The translations under genes and the position numbers were made by a program. A model generated the notes under the pieces. That model was not told the origin of the DNA, made no database searches, and saw nothing but the letters and a program-made list of their open reading frames with translations. A stretch of DNA of 64,000 bases, taken from contig NW_021832995.1 of the NCBI RefSeq assembly GCF_006345805.1, positions 1 through 64,000 of the forward strand. Reading direction: 5' to 3'. This DNA is from Octopus sinensis (lineage: Eukaryota). This document shows, one piece after another, positions 25,346-38,949 of the stretch (position 1 is the first letter of the stretch; each line of letters opens with the position of its first letter).

Positions 25346-26196
25346 ATATTATATATGCAATAATTAAATTATACACTAATCACTTTATTGTGTTTTGCAA
25401 TGCAAGTAACCCCCTCCCTAACCCTCCATGAAATAATTGTCGTGCATGAAACCCATGCCCGATGCAAAAAGGTTGGACACCACTGTTCTTAATCATGATT
25501 GCTTTAGTAACAGACAAATTGAAACCAAAAGTTTCGGAATTTTGAAAATCTTTGATTTATGACGGAACACGTTTTCATTGCGCTTTTGCGAACTTTCTAA
25601 ATGTAATCTGTTGGATGTGCGTTGTGATAGATAATTAGCAGAATGTGGTACGAGAAAGTGGTGGGTGAATTAACTAGTGTTTGTGGTGGGTAGGTGTAAT
25701 GAGCAGAAATGAATGTCTTGACCAGGTATGTACGTGTGTGTTGGTGGGATTGTTTAGGATGTTCCGTTGAGATGTTATGACCCCTCTTTTGTTAGCTTTT
25801 CCGAGTCGAAAATCAGGTGTAGAGTACATTGGAACACCCTCTAGTTAAGGTGTTTCTGAGAGTAAAATGTATTGTTACAGGCGAGTGTGACCAGGTGAAA
25901 TTGTTTGTTTGTTCGTATGTTTTGGTCCCATTTCCTTTCAGCTCTTGCCGGTTGCCATCTGAAAGGAATTAATATTATCGTTAAAGGCGCGAAATTGCAT
26001 TTGACTCTCTGATCGATAATTGATGAGGAGTTGGAGACGTTCTGTGTCTGTTTTCCATTCGTCTGTGCATTCACTGTGTCTTTCAACTTGCGATTCTGTG
26101 TCTGATTTCCGTTTGTTTATGTATTTACTATACGTTTTTTAACTTATTAATTAACGGAACGCATCGCATCCTTGCATTTATTAACAGTAAGCTGTT

Positions 26197-26197
<1 letters not shown>

Positions 26198-26266
<69 letters not shown>
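26198..26266. repeat. (AGAT)n microsatellite
   Basis: Direct inspection. Confidence 0.98.
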
Positions 26267-26267
<1 letters not shown>

Positions 26268-26509
26268 TACACTTTCTATTTGGGGATAAAAAGCTTACCA
26301 ATGGTTTCATGCGAAAATTCTCACAAATTTTGGCAGGTTGCTTAATAATGTCTACAAACAGTGTCCATGTTGGAGCGTGTGCGTGTGCGCGCGCACGTGC
26401 ATGTTGTGTGTTGCTGGTATTTTACTTGGAGACTGCGTTCTTAGTTTACTCTCGTTCATGTTGTTGTTCTCTTTTATAGACGGTGGTGACTGGAATAGGC
26501 GGATTTTAG

Positions 26510-26561
<52 letters not shown>

Positions 26562-26759
26562 GGAGGAAGAGGAGGAGTTTTTTTTTGTTTTTGCAGTGGT
26601 GGTGGTCTCAGCGGTGGGGGTGATGGTTGTACAGATGAGTGTGCAAAGGTGATGTTGTGGAATCTATGCAATAGTGATTGCGTTTCATACATTATGAAAC
26701 AATATCTGATACGGAAGGATAGTATAGCAACAACGACAATACAAATATCAACAATGAGA

Positions 26760-26911
26760 AAATAAGAATTATAATAACAATAGCATTAATAATAATAATA
26801 ATGATGATGATGATGATAATGAGTATCATCATCATCAGGGCTAGAGTAATAATAATAATAATAATAATAATAGTAATAATGATAATAATAATAATAGTAA
26901 TGATAATTATA

Positions 26912-26942
<31 letters not shown>

Positions 26943-27106
26943 TAGTAATGATAATAATGATAATAATAATAATAATAATGATAATAATAATAGTAATAAT
27001 AATAATAATAATGATAACAATAGCAATGATAATTATAATAGTAATAATAATAATAATAATAGTAATGATAATAATGATAATAATAATAATAATAATGATA
27101 ATAATA

Positions 27107-27143
<37 letters not shown>

Positions 27144-27247
27144 TAACAATAGCAATGATAATTATAATAGTAATAATAATGATAATAATAATAATAATAA
27201 TAATGATAATAATGATAATAATAATAATAATAATAATGATAATAATA

Positions 27248-27287
<40 letters not shown>

Positions 27288-27310
27288 TAACAATAGCAAT
27301 GATAATTATA

Positions 27311-27354
<44 letters not shown>

Positions 27355-27355
27355 T
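26760..27355. repeat. Long compound (AAT)n microsatellite with higher-order structure
   Basis: The marker AACAATAGCAATGATAATTATAATAGT recurs three times. It is the source of the poly-I ORFs. Confidence 0.97.
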
Positions 27356-27474
27356 GCCATGTGTAAGCTAATACCTAATTACAAATAATAACAAAACCGA
27401 ATTTTACAAAATTATGAAAGAAATTATGAAAATATAAAATGGCCGGGAACGAGAGAGAAATATAGTGTAATGCG

Positions 27475-27525
<51 letters not shown>

Positions 27526-27578
27526 TATACACACACATATATATACACACATATATATATATACATTTTATATATATA

Positions 27579-27643
<65 letters not shown>

Positions 27644-28489
27644 TATATATATACACATATATATATTATATGTGTGTGTGTGTGTGTGTGTATACGTGTG
27701 TTTGTAAAGACAGAGATGGGGTGAGATAGAGAGAGCGCGTGAGGAGGAGAGAAGGTTGTTGTTTCTGAAATTTGAACGTTAAAATAATATAAAATTGATG
27801 TTGTGTGAAATGAGGGTCTAAACAAATATATTGCATTTATTAGGGATAGTCATGAAAGGGTTAATAATGTTGGTGGGTATGGTGGCAGCGGAGATTGGGA
27901 AGTTGGCGGGGGAAGTTGAGGTGGCGGTGGTGCTGCTGGTGGTGGTTGTGGTGGTAGTAGTCTGAATCAGAAAGTAACGCTACTGGCAGGGCTGGTTCTT
28001 GAGTTTGATATTCGTGAAGGTGGTTATTACAACGGTGGGGGAGGGCTGATGGAATAGATGGCGATGGATAGGATGTGATGGTGGTGGGGGATTTGGCGGC
28101 GGTGATGATCATGTTATCATTCTTGGTTTCGTTGATGGCGGCGATGGCGATCGTCGTGCTTGCGATGGAGGCAGTGGTGGTGGTGGTGGCATTCTTGATG
28201 TTTACTGGTTGTATTGCTATTGGGTTGGACCCCAAGTTACCTTTATCCAAGCGGACTTGTAATTGAAGACTTCCCATCGTGACCAACCCGTCTTATTTTT
28301 CTATGTGCAACGAACTCAACGCTCGAAAGTAACATTTCCGTTTAAAGACAATAACGTGTCCTTAAAAGACATCTCTAATGGAAGTTGGTCCGCCACTTAT
28401 AGAAGGACGGGCAACCAGGTATAGGGTCTCGCATTGTGTCCTTTTGTTGTTGTTGTTGTTGTTGTTGTTGCTGAGGATGTCGCTGTTAC

Positions 28490-29456
28490 CGGACAAAATG
28501 CTTAGTGGCATTTCGTTCGCCTTTGCGTTCTGAGTTCAAATTCCGCCGAGGTCGATTCACATTATATCCTTCAGGGTCAATGAAATAAGTACCACCTGAA
28601 AACTAAGGGAGGAGGGGTCTGGATGCAATTAACTTACACCACCCCCACCCCTGAACTAACTGGCCTCATGTCAAAATTTGAACAGCTGTTATCATATGTG
28701 GGATGAATCCGACTATTAGCCGGACCCATCGTGAGGATGGCCCCACTATCCACCTTTAACAAGGCAGGACAGGCGGTTTTTCTTTGTCTAGTGGCTGAGG
28801 CAAAAGAGTTTAAGTGATGGAGGAAGCTGAAAGGAGGGAGAAAAGACACCTTCCTCTTCGGTCAAGCTCTCTTCCACTTTTTAAAGTTCCCTTTGGAAAA
28901 GAAAGTGAAGATGAAGAGAGAAGTGCTATCCCACTCCCAGTGAATTTGTGAAAAGATGGGTGACCGTAACAAAAATGATTAGAGTGAATGTCCTTACTCT
29001 CAGTATGCGCCTGCAGGCTGGAGAGCAGGAGAGCCGACTCGTACCTTTGGTGGGGGTTCCTTGATTGGCCCTAGCTGGAGCTTCTCCTGAATCAAGAGGA
29101 GTGCATCATTTATGCTATGACATGCTTCGTATACTGTGTATACTTTTCTCGCATTTCACTTTCTTTTCCATTTCTTTCATCCCTTCCTTTATGTAAATCC
29201 CTGCACAAATTGTTTTCTGTTCATGTGATGTCCCCGTCATCTATGCCCCCCTGGCGGTGAGCTGGCAGAAACGTTATCACACCGGGCAAACTTCTCAGCG
29301 GCGTTTCGTCCATCTTGATGTTCTGTGTTCAAATTTGATCGACTTTGCCTTTCATCTTCTCGGAGTCGATAACATAAGTACTAGTTACACACTGGGGTCG
29401 ATGTAATCGACTATCCCCCTCCCCCAAATTTCAGGCCTTGTACCTATAGTACAAAG

Positions 29457-29516
<60 letters not shown>

Positions 29517-30580
29517 GGCGGTGAGCTGGCAGAAACGTTAGCACCCCGACAAAATGCTTAGCGGTATTTCGTCTGCCGCTACGTTCTGAGTTCAAATTCC
29601 GCCGAGGTCGACTTTGCCCTTCATCCATTCGGGGTCGATTAAATAAGTACCAGTTACGTACTGGGTCGATACAATCGACTTAATCCGTTTGTCTGTCCTT
29701 GTTTGTCCTCTCTGTGTTTAGCCCCTTGTGGGTAGTAAGGAAATAGGTATTTCGTCTGCCGCTACATTCTGAGTTCAAATTCCACCGAGGTCGACTTTGC
29801 CTTTCATCCTTTTGGAATCGATGAAATAAGTACTGGTCAAGTACTGGAGTCGATGTAATCGACTAATCCCCTCTCCCAAATTTCAGGCTTTGTGGCAATA
29901 ATAGAAAGTATTATTATTGTTGTTGTTGTTATTATTGATGAAGGCGATATATATTATTGATGAAGGTGATATATAATATCCCTTTTCTACTCTAGGCACA
30001 AGGCCTAAAACTTGGTGGGAGGGGCGCCAGTCGATTAGAACTACTCCAGTACGCAACTGGTACTTAATTTTTCGACCCCGAAAGGATGAAAGGTAAAGTC
30101 GACCTCAGCGGATTGTGAACTCAGAACGTAACGGCAGACGAAATACGGCTACGCATTTCGCCCGGCGTGCTAACGTTTCTGCCAGCTCACCGCCTTAAAT
30201 ATAGGATTAATATTAATAATATGTGGTTCTGAGTTCAAATTCTGCCGAGAATGGCTCTGCCTTTCATTCCACAAGGTCGATAAAATAGCACGAGACGAAA
30301 TATCGCTCAGTATTTCGCCCGGCGTGCTAACGTTTCTGCCATCTCGATGCTTAAATAATTTTTTGTACTCTAGGCACAAGGCCGAAATTTTGGGGGAGGG
30401 AGCCAGTCGACTAGAGCGACCCCAGTACGCAACTGGTAGTTAATTTATCAACCTCTTTACGTTCTGAGTTCAAATTCCGCCGAGGTCGACTTTGCCTTTC
30501 ATCCTTTCAGGGTCGGTAAATTAAGTACCAGTTGCATACTGGGGTCGATCTAATCGACTGACCCCCTCCCCAAAAATTTA
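28490..30580. mobile_element. Dense cluster of SINE family B copies and multimers on both strands
   Basis: Copies at about 28490-28690, 29253-29450, 29517-29910 (dimer), 29985-30194 (-), 30360-30452 (-) and 30462-30580. A non-SINE block lies at about 28700-29250. Confidence 0.85.
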
Positions 30581-31399
30581 ATGTTAAATCTACTCCCCGA
30601 AATGTTGCAACGTTGTATGAAAATGAAAGAATTTAATGCTAAATTTCGAGCTATGGAGACAGTGTTGTGTAAAACGCTAGGTTTCCAAGGGCCTACGACC
30701 CCAATATGTTCAGAATTTGTGCATGTAAGGACCCCTGCGTATCAGTTTTGTGGGTGGGGAGGGGAGTAATAAAGCTGTTGAAACAACTCTATTAAGAAGT
30801 ACCCTATAAACGAAGGATAAGGGGACGTGCTCCTGCCTGTGAAATTTCAGCTGTATTACAGTTTGAAATAACTCGTTGACAAAATTCTCTAAAATTCTCG
30901 TCTGAATGAGGTTTTTTCTTCTTTTTTTTAAGAGCGGTTTAAGCCTAAAATCCCAAACAAGTAATTTAATATAACTTATTTTCAACACTTCACAGGGTAT
31001 TTAAAATATTATAGTTAGTGTCTGGTTAATTAATGTTTTCAAATATTTTAATTGAAGTCGCTTAGTCTGGCCGCATGCATACTGATGAAGTAGGAAGCAT
31101 CATCTATCTCAGTATAAATGCACTTCTCTCCCTACTAGTGCTTGTGCGCTTACAGCTTCGCCCTTGGTGTTAAAAAGCCTGTCTAATTTTGTCCTACATC
31201 ACCTCCCGACTTGTTAAACATAGCAGCCAAATCAGCTCAGCTCACATTATTTTATCACCTTTTAGAAAGGGATTCAATCGTATAATACAGTCGTAGCTAC
31301 ACTGCATCCAACTGTCACCCGTGAGCGAGTATGACTTGGTAACGTGTACCATACTTTCGCTAATTCTTTTAGGTGTCTATGTAATTGTGGGCAGGCGTA

Positions 31400-32707
<1,308 letters not shown>

Positions 32708-32719
32708 TAACTATGCTCT

Positions 32720-32772
<53 letters not shown>

Positions 32773-32959
32773 AGAGATGAAGCAATTCAACAATGATATA
32801 CTTAAATCATACTATATAGAAAATATTAAAGATACGATAAAACATTTACATGGTGGTGCTTCTCTAATTTATATACATGTATTATATATTGTGAAATTTG
32901 ATTTAGTATTACTAAATTGAATTTTTCCTTGTAAATTTGGAATCATATTCCCTAATATT

Positions 32960-33112
<153 letters not shown>

Positions 33113-33710
33113 CCGTTTGCTAAAAGCGTCACATGGCACCAGTCGGATCGGATCTCATTTGAAAATGCATGCTTAATGCGAACGTGAAACCATGTGATTG
33201 CAAAGTGAGTTTGGTAACCAGCCAGCCATGCCCGCCCTTCTTTATGATAAAATAAAATAAAATAAAATAAAACAAATGGATGTAACGGTCACAGTTGGCA
33301 TGCCGTCTTTGATCAAAGGTCTGCTGAACAGAGCTAACCTGGTAATAAACAACAACTAAATAGAGACTTCGTTGTTGTTGCTTTTAGTGTGTTAAAATAA
33401 TTAACAATTTAATTAATTTGCACACACATACACAAAAAAAAAAATAGAGAGAAATATCAAATGTATTTTCCGCTTGATTTCTTCTAATTAGACGTATCGG
33501 TGACCAAGTTCAGTTCACTGAGAACTAGCTTCTGAATTAGCGGTACCCTACCTGTAATTTGCGGAATCCCCAGTTGGGGAATCGCAAAATTAGTAACTGG
33601 AGGCCTGTGTGCTGTATGCAGAAGTTTTAGAGGCTGCAGCCTAGAACGTAACTAATTACAAGCATTCAGATGGACATAGACGTTATTGTCTCGAGTTCCA
33701 GGACTCTTAA

Positions 33711-34660
33711 CCCCTTGACAACGGTTGACGCAAATATGCGATCACACTTTTGCTTGCCTACCCGCGGTTAACGTAAATATACGATGTAGAGCTGCCCTAC
33801 ATCTATCACGGGATCTTTTCGGTTTGAACGGCAGTTTTTAACATAATTTCTAAGTAACTAAAAAATTTTAAACTTCGTATACTGGTAGAATGTGTTTATA
33901 AACCATCTTTTTCTCTTGGCTTTATTGAGAAAATTCTATAGTTTGTGAGATATTTGTTGTTGTTTTTTTCTTCAATTTCTGCAATTTCAACCAATCACTG
34001 ACGTCCATTGAAGTAAAAAAAAACATTCTGTGCCGTATGAATATGTCCCTCGTTTAAGAAACAGATTGGGTTTATTTACATTTGTGAAGAAAAAAAGATA
34101 CCCTTCCCCCAAACCGTAAACCTAAAATAGATTGAAATGCAATAGATCGATACTAGGGTCATAATTATGGGTGACAATTTCATATGACACTGCTAGAAAA
34201 AACTGCCGTTCAAACCGAAAAGATCCCTATCACGGACCTTTTAGCGGCTGACGTATGTTTACGTTCGCTATCGCGTACTCTATCTCTTGAGGTGCGCGCG
34301 CTCGCCGACCCATGCATTATCTTAGCTATTTCAGGTTACGTCCAAGTCATGAGACTAGCAGTAGACCAATGACATGCGGGTTCTTTACATGCTCAATACC
34401 GTGTTTTGAGTTGTACCACACGCAAGCTATCTTTTGAACTTGAACAGAATAACTCGTGCATATCATAAATATGATAAATACCTTCACATACTTCGTTTTC
34501 AGAAACCGGTAGACGTAAATGTATGACGCTATGTTATTGTAACGGTGAACGTAGATAGACAAGAGCTCGTTGGCACTTGTGGGTTTGTGTGGCCCCATTA
34601 GAAAAAAAAAATACACAGAACAGTTTCTCGCATGCTTCGGGTAATACCGGCGCCAAGGGG
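33711..34660. mobile_element. Non-autonomous piggyBac element
   Basis: TTAA on both sides (33707-10, 34661-64), termini CCCCTTG...CAAGGGG, and 21-bp subterminal direct repeats at 33722 and 33765. Confidence 0.85.
33811..34226. mobile_element. 416-bp MITE with an 8-bp TSD (GG termini, Merlin-like)
   Basis: TIR GGATCTTTTCGGTTTGAACGGCAGTTTTT and TSD CTATCACG at 33803-10 and 34227-34. The superfamily assignment is inferred. Confidence 0.85.
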
Positions 34661-34664
34661 TTAA

Positions 34665-34896
34665 GGCCGCTTACCCGGTTTTTCATGCGGTATGAGTAAT
34701 TGAGATCACAGCATTCTCCCTGAGCGGGGTGGTGGTGCAAGACTACTGCGTGGTTAGTTATTTAAGCTGAGTGGAATGGAGCAACGTAAAATGAAATGTT
34801 TTGCTCAATAACACATCGCACTTCCGTCTGGGAATCGAAACTGCGATTTAGCGATCGTGAATACAACACCCTAACCAGTAGGTCACGCACCTTTAC
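34665..34896 (-). mobile_element. SINE family C whose tail is interrupted by the piggyBac element
   Basis: Family C head and central domain. The tail continues across the TTAA into GGACTC at 33701. Confidence 0.7.
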
Positions 34897-34966
34897 AAAC
34901 ATTCAGGTTTTTAATCAATGATTATCCATTCAAGCCGTTCTAGACTACGGCCTTAATTCTTTTGTA

Positions 34967-35230
34967 GGCATTCCTTCGATATAACTCGGTAAAATCAAAA
35001 CATTTCACTTCGGGTATTTCCGTGGAAGCAAATGACAGTTCGATTCTGTTTTCTGGTTGGAAATTTGCGGATTTTACAGACACACATGACACAAATATGC
35101 AAGGCTTTTTTTCTTCAAGTTTAAAATTATGCCATTGCTGGCATAATTTCGTTATATCCATACTCCACAACCCACGGAAATACCCGAAGTGAAATGTTTT
35201 GATTTTGTCGAGCTATATCGAAAGAATGCC
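34967..35230. mobile_element. 264-bp element with 59-bp terminal inverted repeats (MITE-like)
   Basis: 34967-35025 is inverted relative to 35172-35230. No clear TSD. Confidence 0.7.
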
Positions 35231-36622
35231 GCATTGTATAGTGTGTATGTGAGAGTATGTGTGTTTACGTACACTTGGTTTATTGCATTCTTCTGACCAT
35301 TGTCATCTGTCATCATGAGGCTGACCTCCGTCGACCTTTAGTCAACCTACGATGAATGGTTCGATTCCTTTTTTGTAAATCACTCATTCTCATTTAATTG
35401 TATATATTTTAATTGTTTGTTTATTCATACGTTTCGTCTCATTCGATACCTTGACCCCAATGTTTGTTTTGTCTGTCCTCGTATAGTCCCCTCTTTTACT
35501 CAACCTCATGGTTAATAAAGAAATTGAATGGTTGTTCGGATTTCTTCTCTTACGGTTAGTCCACCCGCTCTATTCTAGTAAAGAGGAGAAAACCTATCAC
35601 TCGATCATTTACCTCGTAGCAATAATAATTCGTCTTAGTTCTTTTGCATAGGCGAATAGTTTCTAGAAGAGAGGACAAGTCGATTACATAAACCCCAATA
35701 CTTGATTGATATTTTATTTTATCGACCCTCCAAGGTTGTAAAACAAAATCGATTTTAGTGGAATTAAACTCAAAACGTAATTAAATCAGTAGAAATACCG
35801 CAACAGACGTTTTAGCGACACTCTAACAATTCTGCCCGCTCGCCTTCTTAACCTCGCAGCCATAATAATTAAAATAATTAATACCATTGAAGATTCATGT
35901 TTACTTGCTTATTTGTTTTCTAGTTAATAAATATATTAAAGTTACAATATGTATTTTGGTTTATGAACATCCCCATTAAGTTTCAAATTTGGAAAATTGT
36001 ATCTAATTGAAAACATTTAGTTATGAGTTCATCACATTGGAGTGACCCAAAGACTGAAATGTGTATGTCATGGGAACTTTGATTACTTTTATCCAAATCC
36101 CCACATACACACACGCATTTTTTTTTAATTAGCGACAAAATAAAGCGAAAATAAATTCGTGAGAGAGGCAGGCCTAAAGCTAACCAGAAGTAGAGAGAGC
36201 ATATCATTGAAGAGGCCGCTAACGGCGACGAAAGGACTTTCACAAACATAACTGACTGATTGGGAAATCTCAAGATTAATCAAATAATTGATTAGTTTAA
36301 TGAGTTAAATAGCAAATCCACTGGTCACCAGGAATGAAATTCCAAGAGGTCATGTGCGTCGTATCCACATGGACACGCTGGCGCGATCTTATACCAGAGT
36401 GAGATACGTTTACATTTGTGAATAAGGAACATTTAGAGAAAGAATGAGAAGCACTCGCAACGCTATTGATACATATTGGGCCGATCCATCCATCCATCCA
36501 TACATACATACATACATCGTAAAACTTTCCAGAAGTTTATCATTTAAATATATATGAGCATGCAACTATATGCATGATAATACATACATAAAGCAAAACA
36601 TACGAATCTGCACATATACTTA

Positions 36623-37117
36623 CAGTGATCCCTCGCTACTTCGCGGTTCAACTATCGCGGATTCGCGACTTCGCAGATTTTTTTAATATATATATGAACG
36701 CCGAACATTTTTCATTAAATCCATTAAAATATTAATAATAAATATTATTTCCTAGTCTAAGAACAACTAAACAAGTGTAAAATAGCAAAAAAGCATATAC
36801 AGGGGTATTTGAACTTAAGACGGGCTGTGATTGGTGCAATGGAGAGAGACGACGAATCACAGCTTTCTATTTTGTAATCTGGCCTCTGTAACAGTAACAA
36901 TCTTTATTTCTTTAAATCTAAAGTGTTATTGCTTAACAGTTGTCCTTGTTATTAATAGATTACTGTAATGGGTGAGTTGTTAACAGTACAGGGAGGGTTT
37001 TAAAAATCCAAATACATATTAAATAAATACTGCAAATATGGTGTCCCTACTTCGCGGAAATTCAGTTATCGCGGCCGGTCTCGGAACCAATCTACCGCGA
37101 TAAACGAGGGATCACTG
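36623..37117. mobile_element. pogo/Tigger-type MITE
   Basis: TA flanks, TIR CAGTGATCCCTCG...CGAGGGATCACTG, and subterminal TCGCGG repeats. Confidence 0.9.
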
Positions 37118-37137
37118 TACATACATACAAAAATACC

Positions 37138-37232
37138 TTGTTGTTGATGTTGAAATTCTAATGAAGGAGCCTTAGACATAGGTTAGAAACCGGCTCTTTC
37201 TCTATTGGCAAGAAATTTTGAAATAAAACTGA
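37138..37232 (+). repeat. Short interspersed repeat, probably a Penelope-like LTR relic, with a second inverted copy at 39358-39452
   Basis: The two copies are reverse-complement matches and contain a decayed C(T/C)AATGA..GAAACCGG hammerhead-like core. Confidence 0.55.
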
Positions 37233-37394
37233 ACATACATACATACATTTGCGTAGCCGCATGATCAAGTGGAAAGACAAGTGTTAATTGACTTAGCACT
37301 CCGCTTGTATATTACTAAAATATATTCAATCAAGTTAAATATCTTTATTTTGACTAGACAGAGTTCGACATCATTTATAGGGCCAGACTTGTTC

Positions 37395-37446
37395 AACAGC
37401 GGCTGAAGAGGTAACATAGTCACCGAACCCACTCAGTGTCCCCTAG
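37395..37446 (+). ncRNA. Decayed hammerhead motif
   Basis: GG-CTGAAGA-GGT..ACC-GAA[CC]-CAC/TCA/GTG-TC^-CC. A15.1 is lost and stem I is only partly paired. Confidence 0.5.
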
Positions 37447-38070
37447 ATTAACTTGGGGTACATATTTCATATCTTCTTCGTGTGTATGTCTGATGTCCTT
37501 TCTACCCGTTTGATTGACTATCTGTTCAATCGATATGTACTCTCACCGAGTGAATATTTCGTTTCGATGAACTAAAACTGCACTACTTAGGTTTTCTCGT
37601 GTCTCTCTCGTACATAAGTGTGTCTGTGTGTGTGTGTGTTTGTGTGTGTGTTATGTTAGTGTGTGCCTGACCGTGTGTGTATATTAAATCCGTTTTCTGA
37701 TTTTGCTAATGGGCAGAAAGAAGTAAGTCTGCTGGAGAGGAATTACACACACATACACTCATACACAAACTAGCACTTGACAGCTACACACACACACAAA
37801 CACACACATACACACACACACACACACTTGTACATAGACTCATATATACATAAACACGCACACTTAAAGAAATTCACACGAAATAACATGCACACACACA
37901 AAAACAAACAAATTCGTGCACATAGATGTACTCTCTCACACAAACACGTATATACATATATATATATATACATGCTTAAACACGCGCACACACAAACACA
38001 TCCATAAACATACATATACACCACATAAAGACATTTATAGACACACACACATACACCCACACTACTATGA

Positions 38071-38360
38071 TGTAATTCTCTCTCTCCCTCTCTAAGTCAG
38101 AAAGAAACAAAAACATACAATAAAATATTCCCTCTGACAAAATATACACCCACTCCTCTTTGTCTGCCAAAATAAGCAACGGAATTATTGACCTACATGG
38201 TGTACTTTTCAATCCACAATTGACCTCTACCCCTGACATGTATCCGGGTACGGGGGTAGACCTATATCTTCGTGTATCCGGGTACGGGGGTGGACCTATA
38301 TCTTCGTATACCCGGGTACGAAGGAGGACTACTTCTACTTTTGCAGGTACGGGTGTCACA
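38071..38360 (-). repeat. GC-rich block with 2.4 copies of a 34-bp repeat; possible solo-LTR fragment
   Basis: GTATCCGGGTACGGGGGT(A/G)GACCTATATCTTCGT at 38240, 38274 and 38308. The minus strand starts TGTGACA. The LTR call is weak because no TSD was found. Confidence 0.4.
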
Positions 38361-38429
38361 ATGTATGTATATGTATGTATGTATGCATGTATGTATGTAT
38401 GCATGTATGTATGTATGAATGTATGCATG

Positions 38430-38463
<34 letters not shown>

Positions 38464-38667
38464 CACATACATACATGCATACATACATATATATATACAC
38501 ATACATACATGTATATATATATAAATATACATGTATATATATACACATACGTACATGCATATATATATAAATATGTATATATATATATATACACATATGT
38601 ACATGCATATATATATAAATATATATGTATATATATAAATACACATGCATGTATATATTATATATAT

Positions 38668-38799
38668 ATTTATTATATAGAAGGAGCTTCTACAGGACTA
38701 GAACTGTTTCATTCAAGAGAAATCATCAGGAAGCTTCCTGATAATTTCTCTTGAATGAAACAGTTCTAGTCCTGTAGAAGCTCCTTCTATATAATAAAT
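38668..38799. repeat. 132-bp spacer-less palindrome with one mismatch
   Basis: Centre GGAAG|CTTCC at 38733/38734. The only mismatch is C38724 opposite A38743. Confidence 0.97.
38685..38735 (-). ncRNA. Type I hammerhead ribozyme
   Basis: AGCTTC-CTGATGA-T/TTC/TCTT/GAA/T-GAAA-CAG/TTCTAGTC/CTG-TA^-GAAGCT. 6-bp stem I and GUA triplet, with U.U at 10.1/11.1. Confidence 0.75.
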
Positions 38800-38865
38800 T
38801 AATTTTACTCCGCTATGTATTGAGTACCTTATTTACTGTGGTTAACCCCGAATCAACCCGGGACC

Positions 38866-38949
<84 letters not shown>

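Noticed and set aside
28465-28500. CTGAGGA-TGTC..GACA as a hammerhead
   Set aside because: No G12 or GAAA follows. It is a SINE B junction.
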